Source: Lama guanicoe
Taxonomy: Eukaryota
NCBI GenBank assembly: GCA_013239625.1
Contig: MU053873.1
Span: 1,440,524 to 1,504,523 of the forward strand
Length of the DNA: 64,000 nt
Reading direction: 5' to 3'
Every line of letters begins with the position of its first letter. The stretch's first letter is position 1. The notes under the pieces are model-generated. The model ran no database searches and was not told the DNA's origin. It saw only the letters and a program-made list of their open reading frames with translations. A program made the position numbers and the translations under genes. Shown piece by piece: positions 11,835-24,473 of this stretch.

Positions 11835-13235
11835 CCAAGTGTTTAATGTAGGTCTACCAAATACCTGATACTGATTTAGGCAGTGGAGATTCAGTGCTGA
11901 ACAAAACAAAATCCCTGCTTTCATGCAGTTTATCTTCCAGTGTGGAAGGGAGAAACAATACATAAATACATTGGGGTGGGATGCAATTTTATGTTGGGTA
12001 GAAGAGAAAGTTATTTCTTAAGAAGTGATATGTAAGTAAAGACCTGGAGGAAGTCAAGGAAAAAGTCACATCGTTTCTGGGGAAAAAGAAAAAAAAAGTG
12101 TAGTCAGAGTAGTCCAAGCAGAGGGTGAAGAGCCACAGTAGGAAATGTGCTTGCTGCACTCAGAATAGGAAGGAGAACAATTTGGCTGGAGGGAACAAGT
12201 GGTGGGAAGGAATGGCATAATGGCAGGTGAGGTCAAAGACATTGTTGGGAAGAGGGCAGATCATGTAAGGTTTGAACGCCATGGTAGAGAGTTTGGATTT
12301 TACTGTAATCAGAGGACATCAGAGGGTTTTGAGCAAAGTAGTGACATGTTCTGACTAATGCTCAAAATGATCACCATAGCTGCTGTGTGGAGAAGGGCCA
12401 GACCTATGAGACCAATTGGGAAGCCCTTGTTGTAACATAGGCAAGAGAAAAATGAAGGCTTGGACCAAGGTGGTAGTGACAGAATGGTAAGAATTGGTTG
12501 GGTTCTGGATCTGTTTTGAAAATAGGAGTAACTGGATTTGCTGGAGAGAAAGAATGGAGCCAGGTTATTTGGCCTGAGCCATTTATTGAGAAAGGAGAAG
12601 AAGGATAGATAAAGGAGGTTTTGAGGGAAGGGAGATTGGAATTAAGAGTTCAGTTTTTGATGCCTATTAGACATCTAGTGTGGAATTCAATGCAGTTATA
12701 AACTTGAAAGTTGTAGGTTATAACTGTAGTAGGTTACCCTGAAATCACAAACTGTAAATAGAGATAGGTAAGGGGATGTGGACAATTTAGGATGAACACA
12801 TCACTACTATAGGCAAAGGGAAGTGTCTCAAACTCAACAATGTCATTTTCATCAAAGAAAGCACACAATTAAAGCAATAGACATAATAAAGAAGAAGTCA
12901 AAACCAAGTATATACTGGGAAGTAGAATATACAGAAAAGAAGGTCGTCAGAAACCAGGAAATGGCCAGTGAATGAATGATTACGACTGCTCCTTCTGCAT
13001 CCAATCTCTTGTCTAATGCACTTCCTAACTGGACAGATGACATACTTTAGAAGGATGGAGGGAGAATGGAGCCCTTTAGTCCAAAAGAGAAAAATGTTTC
13101 AAGGGTGAGGAAGTGGTAGGTCAAGTAAGATGAGATTGAGTTTGACAACATGGAGGTCACTGGTGATCTTCCTTAGAGAAGTTTTGGTGGAGAGGGTTCA
13201 AGAAAATGTGAGACGAGATAGTGACAGAAAGTCTA
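11835..13235 (-). mobile_element. L2 (L2a-like) long fragment
   Basis: 'tgaacaaaacaaaatccctgctttcatg', 'gagggttttgagcaaagtagtgacatg', 'tgcctattagacatctagtg' and 'tttgacaacatggaggtcactggtgatctt'. Confidence 0.8.
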
Positions 13236-14120
13236 GATAGCTTCCTTTGATTTGAAGTTCTGTTACTAGGTATATATACATTTATGATGATAATGTCTTT
13301 CTGATTAATTTGCCCTTTTGCAACTATGAAATGTCTTCTTTATCTCTTTGTTTTCAAGTCTACTTTTCTGATATGAATATTGCCATTTGCTATAGCCACT
13401 TAGATATCTGTTTGGCCCAGTTGAGCTCTTATATTCATTTAATACTTAGGATTTTAAGTTGACCCTTAAGTGATAAGGGTTTGGTCATGCATTCTAGCTC
13501 TCCTGTTCATTTGCTCATTTACTTTTGTTGGATAGCTGATGAACCTAGGAACAGTTATCAAAGGTCAGGTCCACAGATAATCCTGTTGAAGAATCAAATC
13601 TACTTTGTTACCTATACTTTGAAGACAGCACAAGGTGAATTTGATATTTGCTGTGCCTCATTTATGTCAAAAACAGCTTTGTGGTTCAGGGAATACTCAG
13701 CTGATGATGGAGAAAATGGCTCAGAGCTCTTGCTAAGTCTAATAGAGAGTAATAAAATGCCTTGGTGTAGTTGTCATAATTGCTACTATGATACTGTAGA
13801 TAAGTATATTCATATTTGTATCTTGAGGGAAACTGCAGAGAATTTACTTTAATCTGACATTTGGTTGATTTGAATGATGGTTTGCTTTATTCCTTTTGAT
13901 CGCTTGGATCATACCAGCAGTCACGTTGCTTCATGACTACTGTGCCCATCCCTTAATAAGGCTCATGTTGCTAGTTACAATAGAATAATTACGTTCTTCT
14001 TTTGGGTCTGGGCTGCTTCCACAATGCTTACCTTTCAGCTATAAATCTGAATGTCATGCTGACTTTCTACTGGTGTTCATTTTATTCTTTAGCCAAATAA
14101 TGAATAGACGCTTTCTTTTT

Positions 14121-14138
14121 CAGTGCCTCCTGCTGGTG
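14121..14138 (-). promoter_or_regulatory. Candidate CTCF motif
   Basis: The reverse complement caccagcaggaggcactg resembles the CTCF core CCASYAGRKGGCRS with one deviation. Motif match only. Confidence 0.3.
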
Positions 14139-14659
14139 CACATCAAATATGTCTTAGAGTAGCAAGGAAATCGAAGGGATACTTAGTTTTTAATCTAATC
14201 TATTGAGGTATCAGAGAAGTATGTGTTTTGAAATATAAATAGAATACAATTTTTAAAGAAAAGAATAGTCTTTAAATCTTGAAGTTTTCTTTGGCAGAAC
14301 AACATTATTAACATCTGGTTACCAAACTGTGGTACCCTTAAGAGGATTGGAGGTGGTCCAATTTCTAATAAAATATCACATTAAGTGACTTCACTTGAGT
14401 TTTTATTATTTTTAAGTACATTTTTAAACCTCTATTCTCCCTGTAATTTGCAGTTTGCATTTACTTGCAAGCAGTGATTTTAGTTTACATGATGAATCAC
14501 TCTCTATACCAACATTTGTAGGATACCACAAAAAAATATCGTCAGAGTGAAAATTCCAGATTACTAAAACGCAGCAGACAGGAAGGCACCATCTACTAAT
14601 AAGGCAGCTCCATCCTTGCATCCTTGTGTTGGAAGGGAGGTGAACTGATATCATTGGGC

Positions 14660-14900
14660 ACTGATCTTGCACCAGGAGCTTTACATATTTTGTCTCTTTT
14701 AGGTTTGCTATAAGCCTTTAAAGTAGGCTCATTCATTTCTCATGATAATCTGCTGAATCAAAAAAGGTGAGATATTATAATTTTTATTGCACTGGTTTGG
14801 AATCTCAGATGGGGAGAGGTTTGTGAGATGCCTAAGACCACACAGCCAATCAGTGGTAGAGTTGGGACCAGATCCCAAATTCCTCATCCCTGGTCTATTC
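14660..14900 (-). mobile_element. MIR SINE
   Basis: 'gctttacatattttgtctc...gatgcctaagaccacacagccaatcagtggtagagttgggacc'. Confidence 0.6.
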
Positions 14901-15224
14901 CTTCTTTTGGGTTTCCTGATACTTTTTCTTTGAAAAATGTGATGACAGAGCTATAGGAAACTCGAGTGGTTCATTTTTCTAGTTTGTTCAGCCTTTTTGC
15001 CTAACATTCTGTCTTTCAAAAACTGCAGACCTTATGCATGTATATGCCTAACACCAAGGTGAATAGTGTCTTACCTTGTAGGAGTTCAGAATAGGAGGGG
15101 TAAGGCAGGCATGAAACAAATGCTAGCAGGGACATTTAACAGGTGTTGATCTCTGGGGGCCCAGAGAAGTTTTGATTCAAGAACACTTTCCCGATGACAT
15201 AGTGGAAAAGCCAGGGCTGGAGCA

Positions 15225-15365
15225 CTCATCTGTAAAAATGGGGATAACAGTATATTCTTAGACTTGTTGTGAGGATTTAATGGATTATCAGATAATCTGT
15301 ATGTAAAGTATTTGAAGCAGTACCTGGCACAGAGTAGCTGATCAATAAATGCTAGTTTCAGTATC
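15225..15365 (+). mobile_element. MIR SINE, 3' half
   Basis: 'ctcatctgtaaaaatggggataacag...ttgttgtgaggatttaatg...gtacctggcacagagtagc'. Confidence 0.85.
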
Positions 15366-15904
15366 ATGCTTTTGCTACTCTGCAATACTGCCTCTCCAGA
15401 CTGAAGTGGGTCAGAAGGTTAAGAATTAAGCATGTGGACCTCATGGACAGGAACAGGAGAGGAAAAACATGCTTTTTCTTATGGATATTTAACCAACAGA
15501 TTATTATTTTTTAGCAGAAGAGATTGATTATAAGTGATTAGATTCCATACAGCATACAGAACTACACAAACCAGTCTTGTTAGGCATGTTTCTTGGCTCT
15601 TCCTGGATTTCTTATGTAGCTGGATCCTCACATTTGTTGGGTTAGTTTTGGGATTTATTTTACTGTCACAACTTTGGTAAGGAGGCTTTTTTTATTGTTA
15701 TATATAGACCATAGTTTTTTATATTGTTCCAGCAGTGTTTGATGATCTCATTCTCCTGTATACTCCTGTTTAAAATAAACAGGCAAAACGAAATTGTTTC
15801 TCCCTCCTCTAAGTTATATTTAAAATGTGCTAACTTTGGCCTTTATTCACCAATAATAACAGTGGTAGTTTGTCTTGTTGGAAGTGGTATGCTAACTATG
15901 CTTT

Positions 15905-18424
15905 TCTTCTTTTTTTTAAACTTTTTATTTTGAAATAATTTTAGAGTTACAGAAAAATTGCAGAAATGAAACAAGAGTTCTTATATATCCTTCACATAGC
16001 TTTCTTTAATGTTAACATTTTGAATAAGCATAATATAATTATCAAAACTAATACATTAATACAGGTACAATGCTATTAACTAAACTACAGCCCATGCAAG
16101 TTTCACCATTTTTTCCCCCTAATGCCCTTGTTCTGCCCTTAGAGACAATTCAGGATCCCACATTGGACTTAACTGTCATTGTCTCCTTAAGTTACCTCAC
16201 ATATGTGACTTGTCTTCCTTATTTTTATCAGCCTTTCCTTCAGCATTTTTTTTGTAGTAGAGGTCAGCTGCTGATAAATTCTTTCACCTTAAAAAATCTT
16301 TTTGTCTTATTTTTTATTGTGGTGGAATACACATAACATAAAATTTACCATCTTTACCATTTTTAAGTGTACATTTCTGTAGTGTTAAGTGCATTCACAT
16401 TGTCATGCAGCCTATCTCCAGTGCTTTTTTCATCTTGAAAAACTCCATAGCCATTAAACAACAAGTCTTCGTTCCTGCCTCTCCCTGTTCCCTGCCAACC
16501 ACCGATTCTACTTTCCGTCTCTGTAAATTTGACTACTCTAGGTACCTCATATAAGGAGAAGCATACTGTATTTATCTTTTTGTGACAGGTTTATTTCACT
16601 TAGCAGAATGTCCTCAAGGTTCATCTTTTCTTGTAGCATTAACCTGTGTATCTGTGTTTCAGAGTTTCCTTTCTTTTTAAGGCAAACAATATTCCATTGT
16701 TTGTATATACCACATTTTGTTTATCCACTCATCTGTCAATAGAAACTTGGGTTGCTTCCACCTTTTGGCTATTATGAATAATGCTGCTATGAACATTGAT
16801 GTACAAATATCTGCTTGAGTCCCTGCTTTCAGTTCTTTTGGGTATACACCCAAATGTGGAATTGCTGGATGCTATGGTGATTCTGTTTTTAATTTTTTGA
16901 GGAATGACCATACTATTTTCCATATTGGCTTTTATATATCTGAAAATATTTATTTTTTGCTATGCTATTTGAAAGATATTTTTCACTAAGTCTAGAGATT
17001 TCCTTCATAGATTTGACGATGGTGCTTCACTTGTCTCTCTTGTACTATTTCTAGTGAGAAGTCTGCTGTTCTTTCTTAGCTTTGTTCCTGTGTAAAATCT
17101 TTATTTTCTTGGCTGCTTTTAAGATTTTTTTCTTCATTAGTATGTTTAAGAAAATAGATCGTGATGTGCCTTGTAGTTTTTATTAAATAGTTTTTATTTT
17201 TAAAATAATAGCTTTTATTAAATCTGGAGATTTTTCAATTCTTATTTTCTCAAATAAGGAAGTTTTTCCTGCCCTCTCTCTCTTCTCCTTTGGAGACTCC
17301 CAGTACACATACATTAGACTGCTTGAGGTTGTATACAGCTCACTCATGTCCTGCTGCAATTGGTACATCTTCAAATTTACTAGTCTTGTCTTTAGTTTCT
17401 TATTTGCTGTTAGTTGCATTCTCTGCATTTTTTGTTTGACACATTATGGTTTTATCGCTAGACCTCTGATACGTGTCTTTTAAAAAATATCTTCCATGTC
17501 TCCTTAACATGATCATTTTTTTCTTTATTTTCTTGAATAGCATTATAATAGCTCTTTTAATTTCCTTGTCTTCTCTGTGTTATTTCTGGTTTGGTTTCTA
17601 TTGAATTATTCTGCTCACTATAGATTGTATTTTCCTGCTTACTTGCTTGCCTGATAATTTTTGATTGGATATGAAACCTGGTACATTTTGCTTTGTTGAA
17701 TGCTGGGTATTCTTGTAGTTACAAAATATTTTTTCACTTTGTTGTGGTGCTTTGTTGCTTTTAATTATTTGGAAATAGTTTGACCTTTTTGAAGCTTGTT
17801 TTTTACATTTTACATTTCAGGTGGGACCAGAGCAACATTTTAGTCTAGGCTACTTTTGCCCCACTGTTGAGGCAAAACCCTTTAAAATACTTCATGTCCT
17901 ATGTATTGTGAAGCCTTTTCACTCTGGCTGCTAAGAAGACTATTCCTGGCTCTGTGTGAGTTGTGGAGAGTGTTCCACCTGCTCCTTTCTTGTGGTTCTT
18001 TCCCTAGCCTTGGATGCACTGCCTACTTCTCAGATTAAGGCTTGGGGTAGAGAGACCCTCTGAAGATTTCTGCAGTTTTCTCTCAGGGCAGCTGTCTCCT
18101 CTCCAGTATTCTGCCCTGTGAATTCTACCCATCACAGCCTCTTTGAGCTCTCCACGCTGTCTTCTCAACGAAGGGAGATTTGGGGGCTTTTCTTGGGTTT
18201 CCCTTCCCAGAGCTGCAGCTTGAAATTCTCTATGCAGTGAGCTTGAGCACTCATAGGGTTTACCTCTTTTTTGGTCCTCTCTCAGGGATCATGGTCCTTT
18301 GCTGCTTTTTGTCCAGTGTATGAAAAATGTTATTTCTTGTATCTTTCACCCAGTTTTTCAGTTGTTTAAATAATTAGGTAAATAAGTCTTGTCCCTGTTA
18401 CTCCATCTTGCCTGGAGGCAGAAT
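15905..18424 (-). mobile_element. Ancient L1 (L1MC/ME-like): 3'UTR, ORF1-like region and 5' end, interrupted by a younger L1
   Basis: 3' end 'tttttattttgaaataattttagagttacagaaaaattgcag', ORF1-like 'gtgagaagtctgctg...cttggctgcttttaagattttt', and 5' terminus 'ccctgttactccatcttgcctggaggcagaa'. Confidence 0.65.
16308..16928 (-). mobile_element. L1MB-like 3' fragment nested in the older L1
   Basis: 'tttattgtggtggaatacacataacataaaatttaccatc' through the ORF2 tail 'gaataatgctgctatgaacatt...gggtatacacccaaatgtggaattgctgg'. Confidence 0.85.
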
Positions 18425-18590
18425 TTGAGCCAAGTTACTTAATCTCCTTAGTTCTAGTTTACTCATCTATAAAATGAAGATAATATTTATGGATTTGTGA
18501 GGATTGAATAAGATAATACACATAAAGCTCTTAGTACAGTTCCTGGCACATACTAAGCGCTTAGTAAATGTTAGTTGTTATTATTATTGG
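18425..18590 (+). mobile_element. MIR SINE
   Basis: 'caagttacttaatctc...ctcatctataaaatgaagataat...cctggcacatactaagcgcttagtaaatgttag'. Confidence 0.85.
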
Positions 18591-18864
18591 CACCAAAAAA
18601 GGGAGAGAATGGCTTACACCAGTCTGGGAAACTAAGATCATGAGCCAGTCCTTGTCTTTCTGACTCACTTTCTCTAACTTAAAGTCAGAGTATTAAAAAG
18701 CAAGAGCTATTAGTAAAAAGTCTTTCTCTGTTCTTTCCCTCCACTCCCTCCCTGTTCCCTCCCCTATTCATTTATTTCTTTTTACCAGACCTAAAACATC
18801 ATTCTTAATACTCTAATCACTATAGAAGGTAGTAACTTTCTCTGAAACCATTTTTTTTCCCCGA

Positions 18865-19100
18865 AGTCAGAATAGTATAGTGATTAGGTGTAGTCTGTAG
18901 AACCAGGTTTGGATTGAGATTCTTCCTTTTTTACTAATCTGCAGCAAAGTTATTCTGCCTGCCTAATCCTCAGTTGCTTCATTTGTAAAATGGGGCAGTA
19001 CTGCATATTTCATATGGTTGTTGGGAAAATTAAATAAGTTAATGCATATCAAAGCCCTTTAGCACAGTGCCTGGCACATAGTTAGGACTTAATGGTGATT
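18865..19100 (+). mobile_element. MIR SINE
   Basis: 'cctcagttgcttcatttgtaaaatgggg...agcacagtgcctggcacatag'. Confidence 0.8.
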
Positions 19101-19229
19101 ATTACTTTACCAGTAGTAAAGTTCACACCAGAGATCTAAAACTGAAATAACCACACTTAAATCCAACTTTATAGGCCATGGTTTCCTTTTAGTGGTCTTT
19201 TCTTTTTAGTAGACGACTTAATAATATTT

Positions 19230-19435
19230 GTATATGACTTTATAGTGAATAGAATGTATTCACATACGTTATCTTATTTGATGGTTGAATCTTTGTCTCT
19301 ATTTTCCAAGGAAGAACCTGAGACTCAGAGAAGATAAGCAATAAACTTAAGGTCAAACGTCTAGTAAATGACAGAACCACAACTAGATCAGTGATTGGAG
19401 AACTGTTTAAGAGTTCTTTGCACTGTTCATGTTGC
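19230..19435 (-). mobile_element. MIR SINE
   Basis: 'gaagaacctgagactcagagaagataagc...aaggtcaaacgtctagtaaatgacagaacc'. Confidence 0.65.
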
Positions 19436-21852
19436 TTCCTAGCAAAACATTTTACTTGTATCTAGATTTACATACTGTGTTATCTACAATGGATTTTATA
19501 TTCTTTCAGGGCAAGGATCATGAGGAGTCTTACTCTTTTTATTTTGCTTAATGACCAGCATTCAATATATAGATACTATTTTTGTGATGTCTATGAAATG
19601 AAAAACAATTTTACTTTGACCATTCCCTTCTCAAAATGAGAGTGACTATTGAGTAATTAATACATATTTGTGTAGGACACTGTTAAATGGTAATTCTTTC
19701 TTTGAAATGTAGATTTGTAACCATAATCTTGAAAGATTTTAATTTTAAAAGTGTATATCTTCTATGCATTTTCTTTTCAGGACAAAGCTTTTGTAGAGTC
19801 ACATAAAATGGAGCTGCTATTTGCCAGTTTCTTGGAAGTTATAGTAATTCCTTTAGTAGATTCCATTTATAGATCAAATGTCTATGACTAAATATAATTA
19901 CTTACAGCTAAATCTGATCAAAGCAATAAGCTCAAAATAACCTACATGGAATTTGAAGCAAAGAAAGGCAGGATGTTTCAAATGATGGACGGTTCCAATT
20001 GTTTCTTTTGAAAAATAGTCCTTATTTTGAAAAATGTCTGTGTTCTTCGATGTTTGCTTTCAGAAACAAAACAAAACAAAATGCACTTTTAATTTTTATT
20101 TCTTGCTTTTGGCCTCTACAGTAGTAGTCTTACAGGGAGAGAAATTTCTTTGGGGCAGTTAATGATATGTTAATTATAAAGGCCTATTCATGAAACTTAT
20201 TTTTTCCCCCTTTACTTCTCTAGTATGAGAATAGTTGTATTTTTTGAAAGAACCTACTTTGACCAATTTTTGTTCTTTTGCCTATACTGCTTATAGATTT
20301 AGGAAGAGGATTGTTGTCATTTTCAGAAGCTAGTTTTGGTTGAATCATTCAGTAAACTTAGTATTGTTATTTGGTAGTAGTTTTATTTATTTCCTTAGCT
20401 ACTGGTTACAGTCTTTAAAATTACCTGTGAAACAAGCTTTAAAAACCTTTTTTTTAAATAACAGGTACGTTACTGTAGATGATAAGTCTGTATTCAGGGG
20501 TCCTTGTCTAGTGAGTACAGATGGTAAACCCTGGTCTTTTTGAAGATGTGATCAGACTCTATGGACTTTAATGTACTTTATCTTCTCTTCTCCAATAGAA
20601 GAATCCTGTCAATTGCCCTGTAGTGCCCTAGGATGCTAAATGTTACTGTGTAAGTAAAGCAGCAGCTTGAGCATTTGGAATCCTCTTGATTTGCTCATCT
20701 TTTTTTTTTTTTTGATAAACACTTGTTATTTGCATCAATGAAAGGATCAGTAAATAATGTGAAGTTACTTCTAAAGTATAAAGTTGTCTTTGGGGGTGAG
20801 CTCAGCAATTCCAGTGTCCTCATATTCTCTCTCTCACTGGTTCTCTGTGTTCGTCTGCCCTACTCTTGTGGTGTCTTTCACTGCTTGGCCCTTTGCTATA
20901 TGTTAGAAGAAAAGAGGGTCAGCTAAATGCAGGCTGCAGCCAGAAACAGAGACTGTTTTGGAAGGATCTTAGCTAACCCACATTTTACTGATCGAGACAT
21001 TCCTAGGTTTGGAAATGGCTTGTACAAGGTTATTTGGTCAATCAGTGTGTGGTCTATAGGCCTGTTTTCCTGACCAGTTTTTGCTCCCCTATAGCACAAA
21101 TACTGCTGCTTTCCAACCACTTTAGATGTTCACTAGCTAGGACATGTGGGTGGGATGAGTGGTCACTAAGACTGATTGAGAGGCAGGAGGGAAAAGGAAG
21201 AAGGAAAAGCTGACCATCAGCATCCGAGAGTTCCCATCCTGGCCCTTCTGTTAGGAACAGTTACTGTTTCTACTCAGTGCATAGAACAAAGAGCATAATC
21301 TTTCTAACACTTACTTTCTTCCCTTTTTAAAAATGATAAGTAGGACAAACCATGAACAACAGGGAGGTGGGGAGGGAGAGAAAGTGGCACTTGACAGAGG
21401 GTTCAGGGAATATGGCTGGGACTGTAGGGAGAGAAAAACATTGCCATGTGGGTGAGTGAAATGCTGAAGTTTCAAAGCGGCAGTAATTTTACACTGAAAA
21501 TCCTGTAATTATATGCTTGGCTGTTTAATAAAAACATTCTGTAGTGAAATTACTATATATTTACTCTGTATCTGAAATGCAGGATATCTTAAATATATGT
21601 GTCATCATGGGATGGGTGCTATATCTCAAATTCTTTTAAAAAGGAAATTAGACGTTTTTAGTAGTGGATGCTCAGAAATTTTCCAACTTTGAATGATCAC
21701 TTCAGAGGTATCTGATTAAATCTAGTATTTGTCAGTCTTGAGGGTTTCCTGTTTTCAGAACTCTTGAAAGAAAGTTTATATGGAAACAAATGGTTGTGCT
21801 GTTTACTTTTTAGATGTGAACCTACTGTGGGGAAAAAACAACAGCAATAGCA

Positions 21853-21879
21853 ACCACCACCACCACCACCACCACCACC
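21853..21879. repeat. (CAC)n trinucleotide microsatellite
   Basis: accaccaccaccaccaccaccaccacc, preceded by degenerate (CAA/CAG) units. Confidence 0.9.
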
Positions 21880-22049
21880 TGGTAGTAGTGGGGTTAGGCT
21901 GAATCTGCTTGTCTACATGCAGGCTACCTGGCCTGAGACTGATGTTTATCCTAGGTTTCTAAGTGATGGAACCTTGTGACTTTTCACAAGGATCAACCAT
22001 TTCACTGCTTTAATGACAGTTAAAATGACCTTGGGCAAATAGAGTTAAC

Positions 22050-22198
22050 TGTAGTAGCAACTGAATTACTTGGGGATAGTCTTAAAATAAAGATTCTGAT
22101 TCTGTGAATCTGAGACAAGACCTCAGTTTCTGCCTTCTAACCAGTTCTCGGGTGGTGCTAACGCTTCTGAGCCAAGGACAGCATTGAATAACAAGGGC
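22050..22198. mobile_element. hAT-Charlie MITE (MER5-like)
   Basis: 'agattctgattctgtgaatctgag...taaccagttctcgggtggtgctaacgct...ggacagcattgaataacaagg' resembles MER5A/B. Confidence 0.55.
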
Positions 22199-22214
22199 TT
22201 ATAGTTTTGCTTCA

Positions 22215-22485
22215 CTGTCTTCCTCTCTTCCTTCTCTGTGTAGTTCTGTCTTTCTTGATCCGTGTGTCTCTCCATCTCTCTCTCTCCATCTCTCTCTCCC
22301 TGTTTCTGTTTCTCCCTGTTTCTGTCTTACCTTCTTTGTGTATCCCTGCCTTTCTGCCTCTTTCTCTGCTTCTCTCTGTTTTCTCCTCTGCTTTCCCCTT
22401 TTCTGTCTCCTTTCTCTGACAATCTCCCTCTCTGCTTATCTCCTCTTTTAGTCTGTCCCTCTCTGTCCTTCTCTCTCTCCCTCAT
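22215..22485 (+). repeat. CT-rich low-complexity polypyrimidine tract
   Basis: About 270 nt dominated by C/T with degenerate (TC)n and (TCTG)n units, ending in (CA)n. Confidence 0.9.
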
Positions 22486-23989
22486 GTGCACACACACCCG
22501 CCCCCCCTACTCACAGAGTTACAATATAGGGCACAGAGATTCTCAGTGAAGAATGATGACCAGTATTTGATGATATTGATGATTTCCCATTTTGTGTCTA
22601 AGCCAAAGCCTTTTCTCCCTGTTCTCAGAGTTAAAGAGCAATACCAAGGGTGCCGGGGGTGTCTGAATTTTTATTTATCATTTACATTCTGGACTCTAAG
22701 ACATCCTTCTAGAGGTGATTGTGGTTCCCTTAAAAGTATTAGAAAAGCGTATAAATTCCCTAAGCTGGCTTTATCATTATAAAAATCTACAATGATAATT
22801 CAGAATCCAGCGATCTAAGCTGATAAATTAAATTTCTCCCCGAATGTAATCACTCCCCTTCAAGAAGTCATACTTCTTACAGCCATACATCCACTTGCCC
22901 CGAAGATTTAGCCCTGATAGGATTCAGACAGCTAGCTAGTAATTTTGAACTAATTACTTAAACTTTGGGCATTAAGTACCTCATCTGTAAAATGAGAGAG
23001 TTTAACTGACAGTTCCAAGTCTCCTCTTAGCTATGACATTCTGTGATTTTTAAAATCATTAGGTAAAGGGCATTTTGAATATCAGCTGTTAGTTTGTTTA
23101 AATTCTCAGTTGGATCACTTCCCTGTCATAATATAGATTTCTTTTTCTGTAGAATGGGGCTAGACTTGATATGTTCTGGGTTTAATTTGAAGATTAATTG
23201 ATATATTGCATTCATCTCTCAATTATCTCTACTAATGTAGGTAAAGGGTAATGTAAGCAAAAAATCATTTTTATTAACTTTAGAACATGTTATCTAATTA
23301 CAATTCAATTTTCTTTTCGGTCAGTTTGCTTGAGCTGATACACTGGACATAGTTTGTACTTCGGAGGTACCTGGAGTATCACTGTCTAGACAGGATATTT
23401 AACACTAGATAATCTGAAGCCAAAAAAGCCCAGCTGAATGCCTTTTAGTTTTTAGTGCTCTGGATACTCTGTACTTATTGTCACTGGACAGAAGTAGAAT
23501 TGATGACTGTTTTAGAAGATATTATGGATCTTGGAAACATCCATTGTATATCCTTTTGGTTTTGGTGGAGGAGAAGTGAGGATGTAAGACAGGATGAGCA
23601 GGGCTCAGAAAGGCTGAGTTCCTTATGTATCGGAGTCTTCTTCTGTAAATGATATACTTATTAGACGAATACTCATATACTGGTAGTATTTTGAATGTTC
23701 CTTGGAATCAGCATCTCAAAGTGTCACATTATATGTTTTCTATCAAATTATTTAATTACCAAGAAACTGTAGATGATGATTTATCTTCTGAGATGAGACA
23801 TTTCATTTTTTTCCAGGAAACCTTTGGATAAATATGAATTGTAAATGTAGTGATGATGCAAATTGGTATGTGCAGTCACTGGTATCACAATGAAAGTTCA
23901 GATAGATGGGAAATAGGAGATGGGACAAGATGTAGCCTATTTTATCCCACAAAATAGGAATATCTAGCTTTAAAGACATACAGTATGTA

Positions 23990-24473
23990 GAAAGTCAGGG
24001 TTTAACTGAAGAAACTTAATGAGGACACTGTTTACAGAGGTTTGGGCAAGGGTTAAGGAAACTGTAAAAGGATTGTGGGATACCTGAGGTTAGCATCCCT
24101 AGAAAACTGTCACCACCTCCCCTAGTCCAGAAGGAGAAAAGGTGGGCACAGAGTTACTCCAGCCTCATGAGAGCTGCTGTTGTTGACGACTTATGAGACA
24201 TAAGCTGTAACTACAGAGGAAAGAAGCCACTGAAACAATTGCAGTGAGGCAGAGGGAGCGAGCTGAGGGGTCTTGGGAGAGGGATCAGGAGTAAATAGTC
24301 CATTACTTCCCTTCTCTTGCCAGTGCCTCCCACTGACTGAACTCAACCTGAAGCCAGCGGAGTCACGGATTCATAGTTTTCCATGGGGGCTGGCCTCCTG
24401 GTGCACAGAGGGAGCCGACAAGGGTGGGTATGAATAAGTCGGGGAGGGAGTAGCAAACAGAATAATCAGCACA
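23990..24473 (-). mobile_element. Ancient ERVL solo LTR (LTR33/LTR41-like)
   Basis: The minus strand starts TGTGCTGATTATTCTGTTTGC...CTCTGTGCACCAGGAGGCCAG. Internal 'tgtttacagaggtttgggcaagggttaaggaa'. Left boundary approximate. Confidence 0.65.

Noticed and set aside
13481..13852. 123-aa plus-strand ORF in unique sequence
   Set aside because: TTG start, no recognisable protein similarity, and no convincing splice sites.
14486..14650. C-box-like ATGATGA with downstream CTGA
   Set aside because: The spacing is long, there is no terminal stem, and no recognisable antisense guide is present, so a C/D snoRNA is unsupported.
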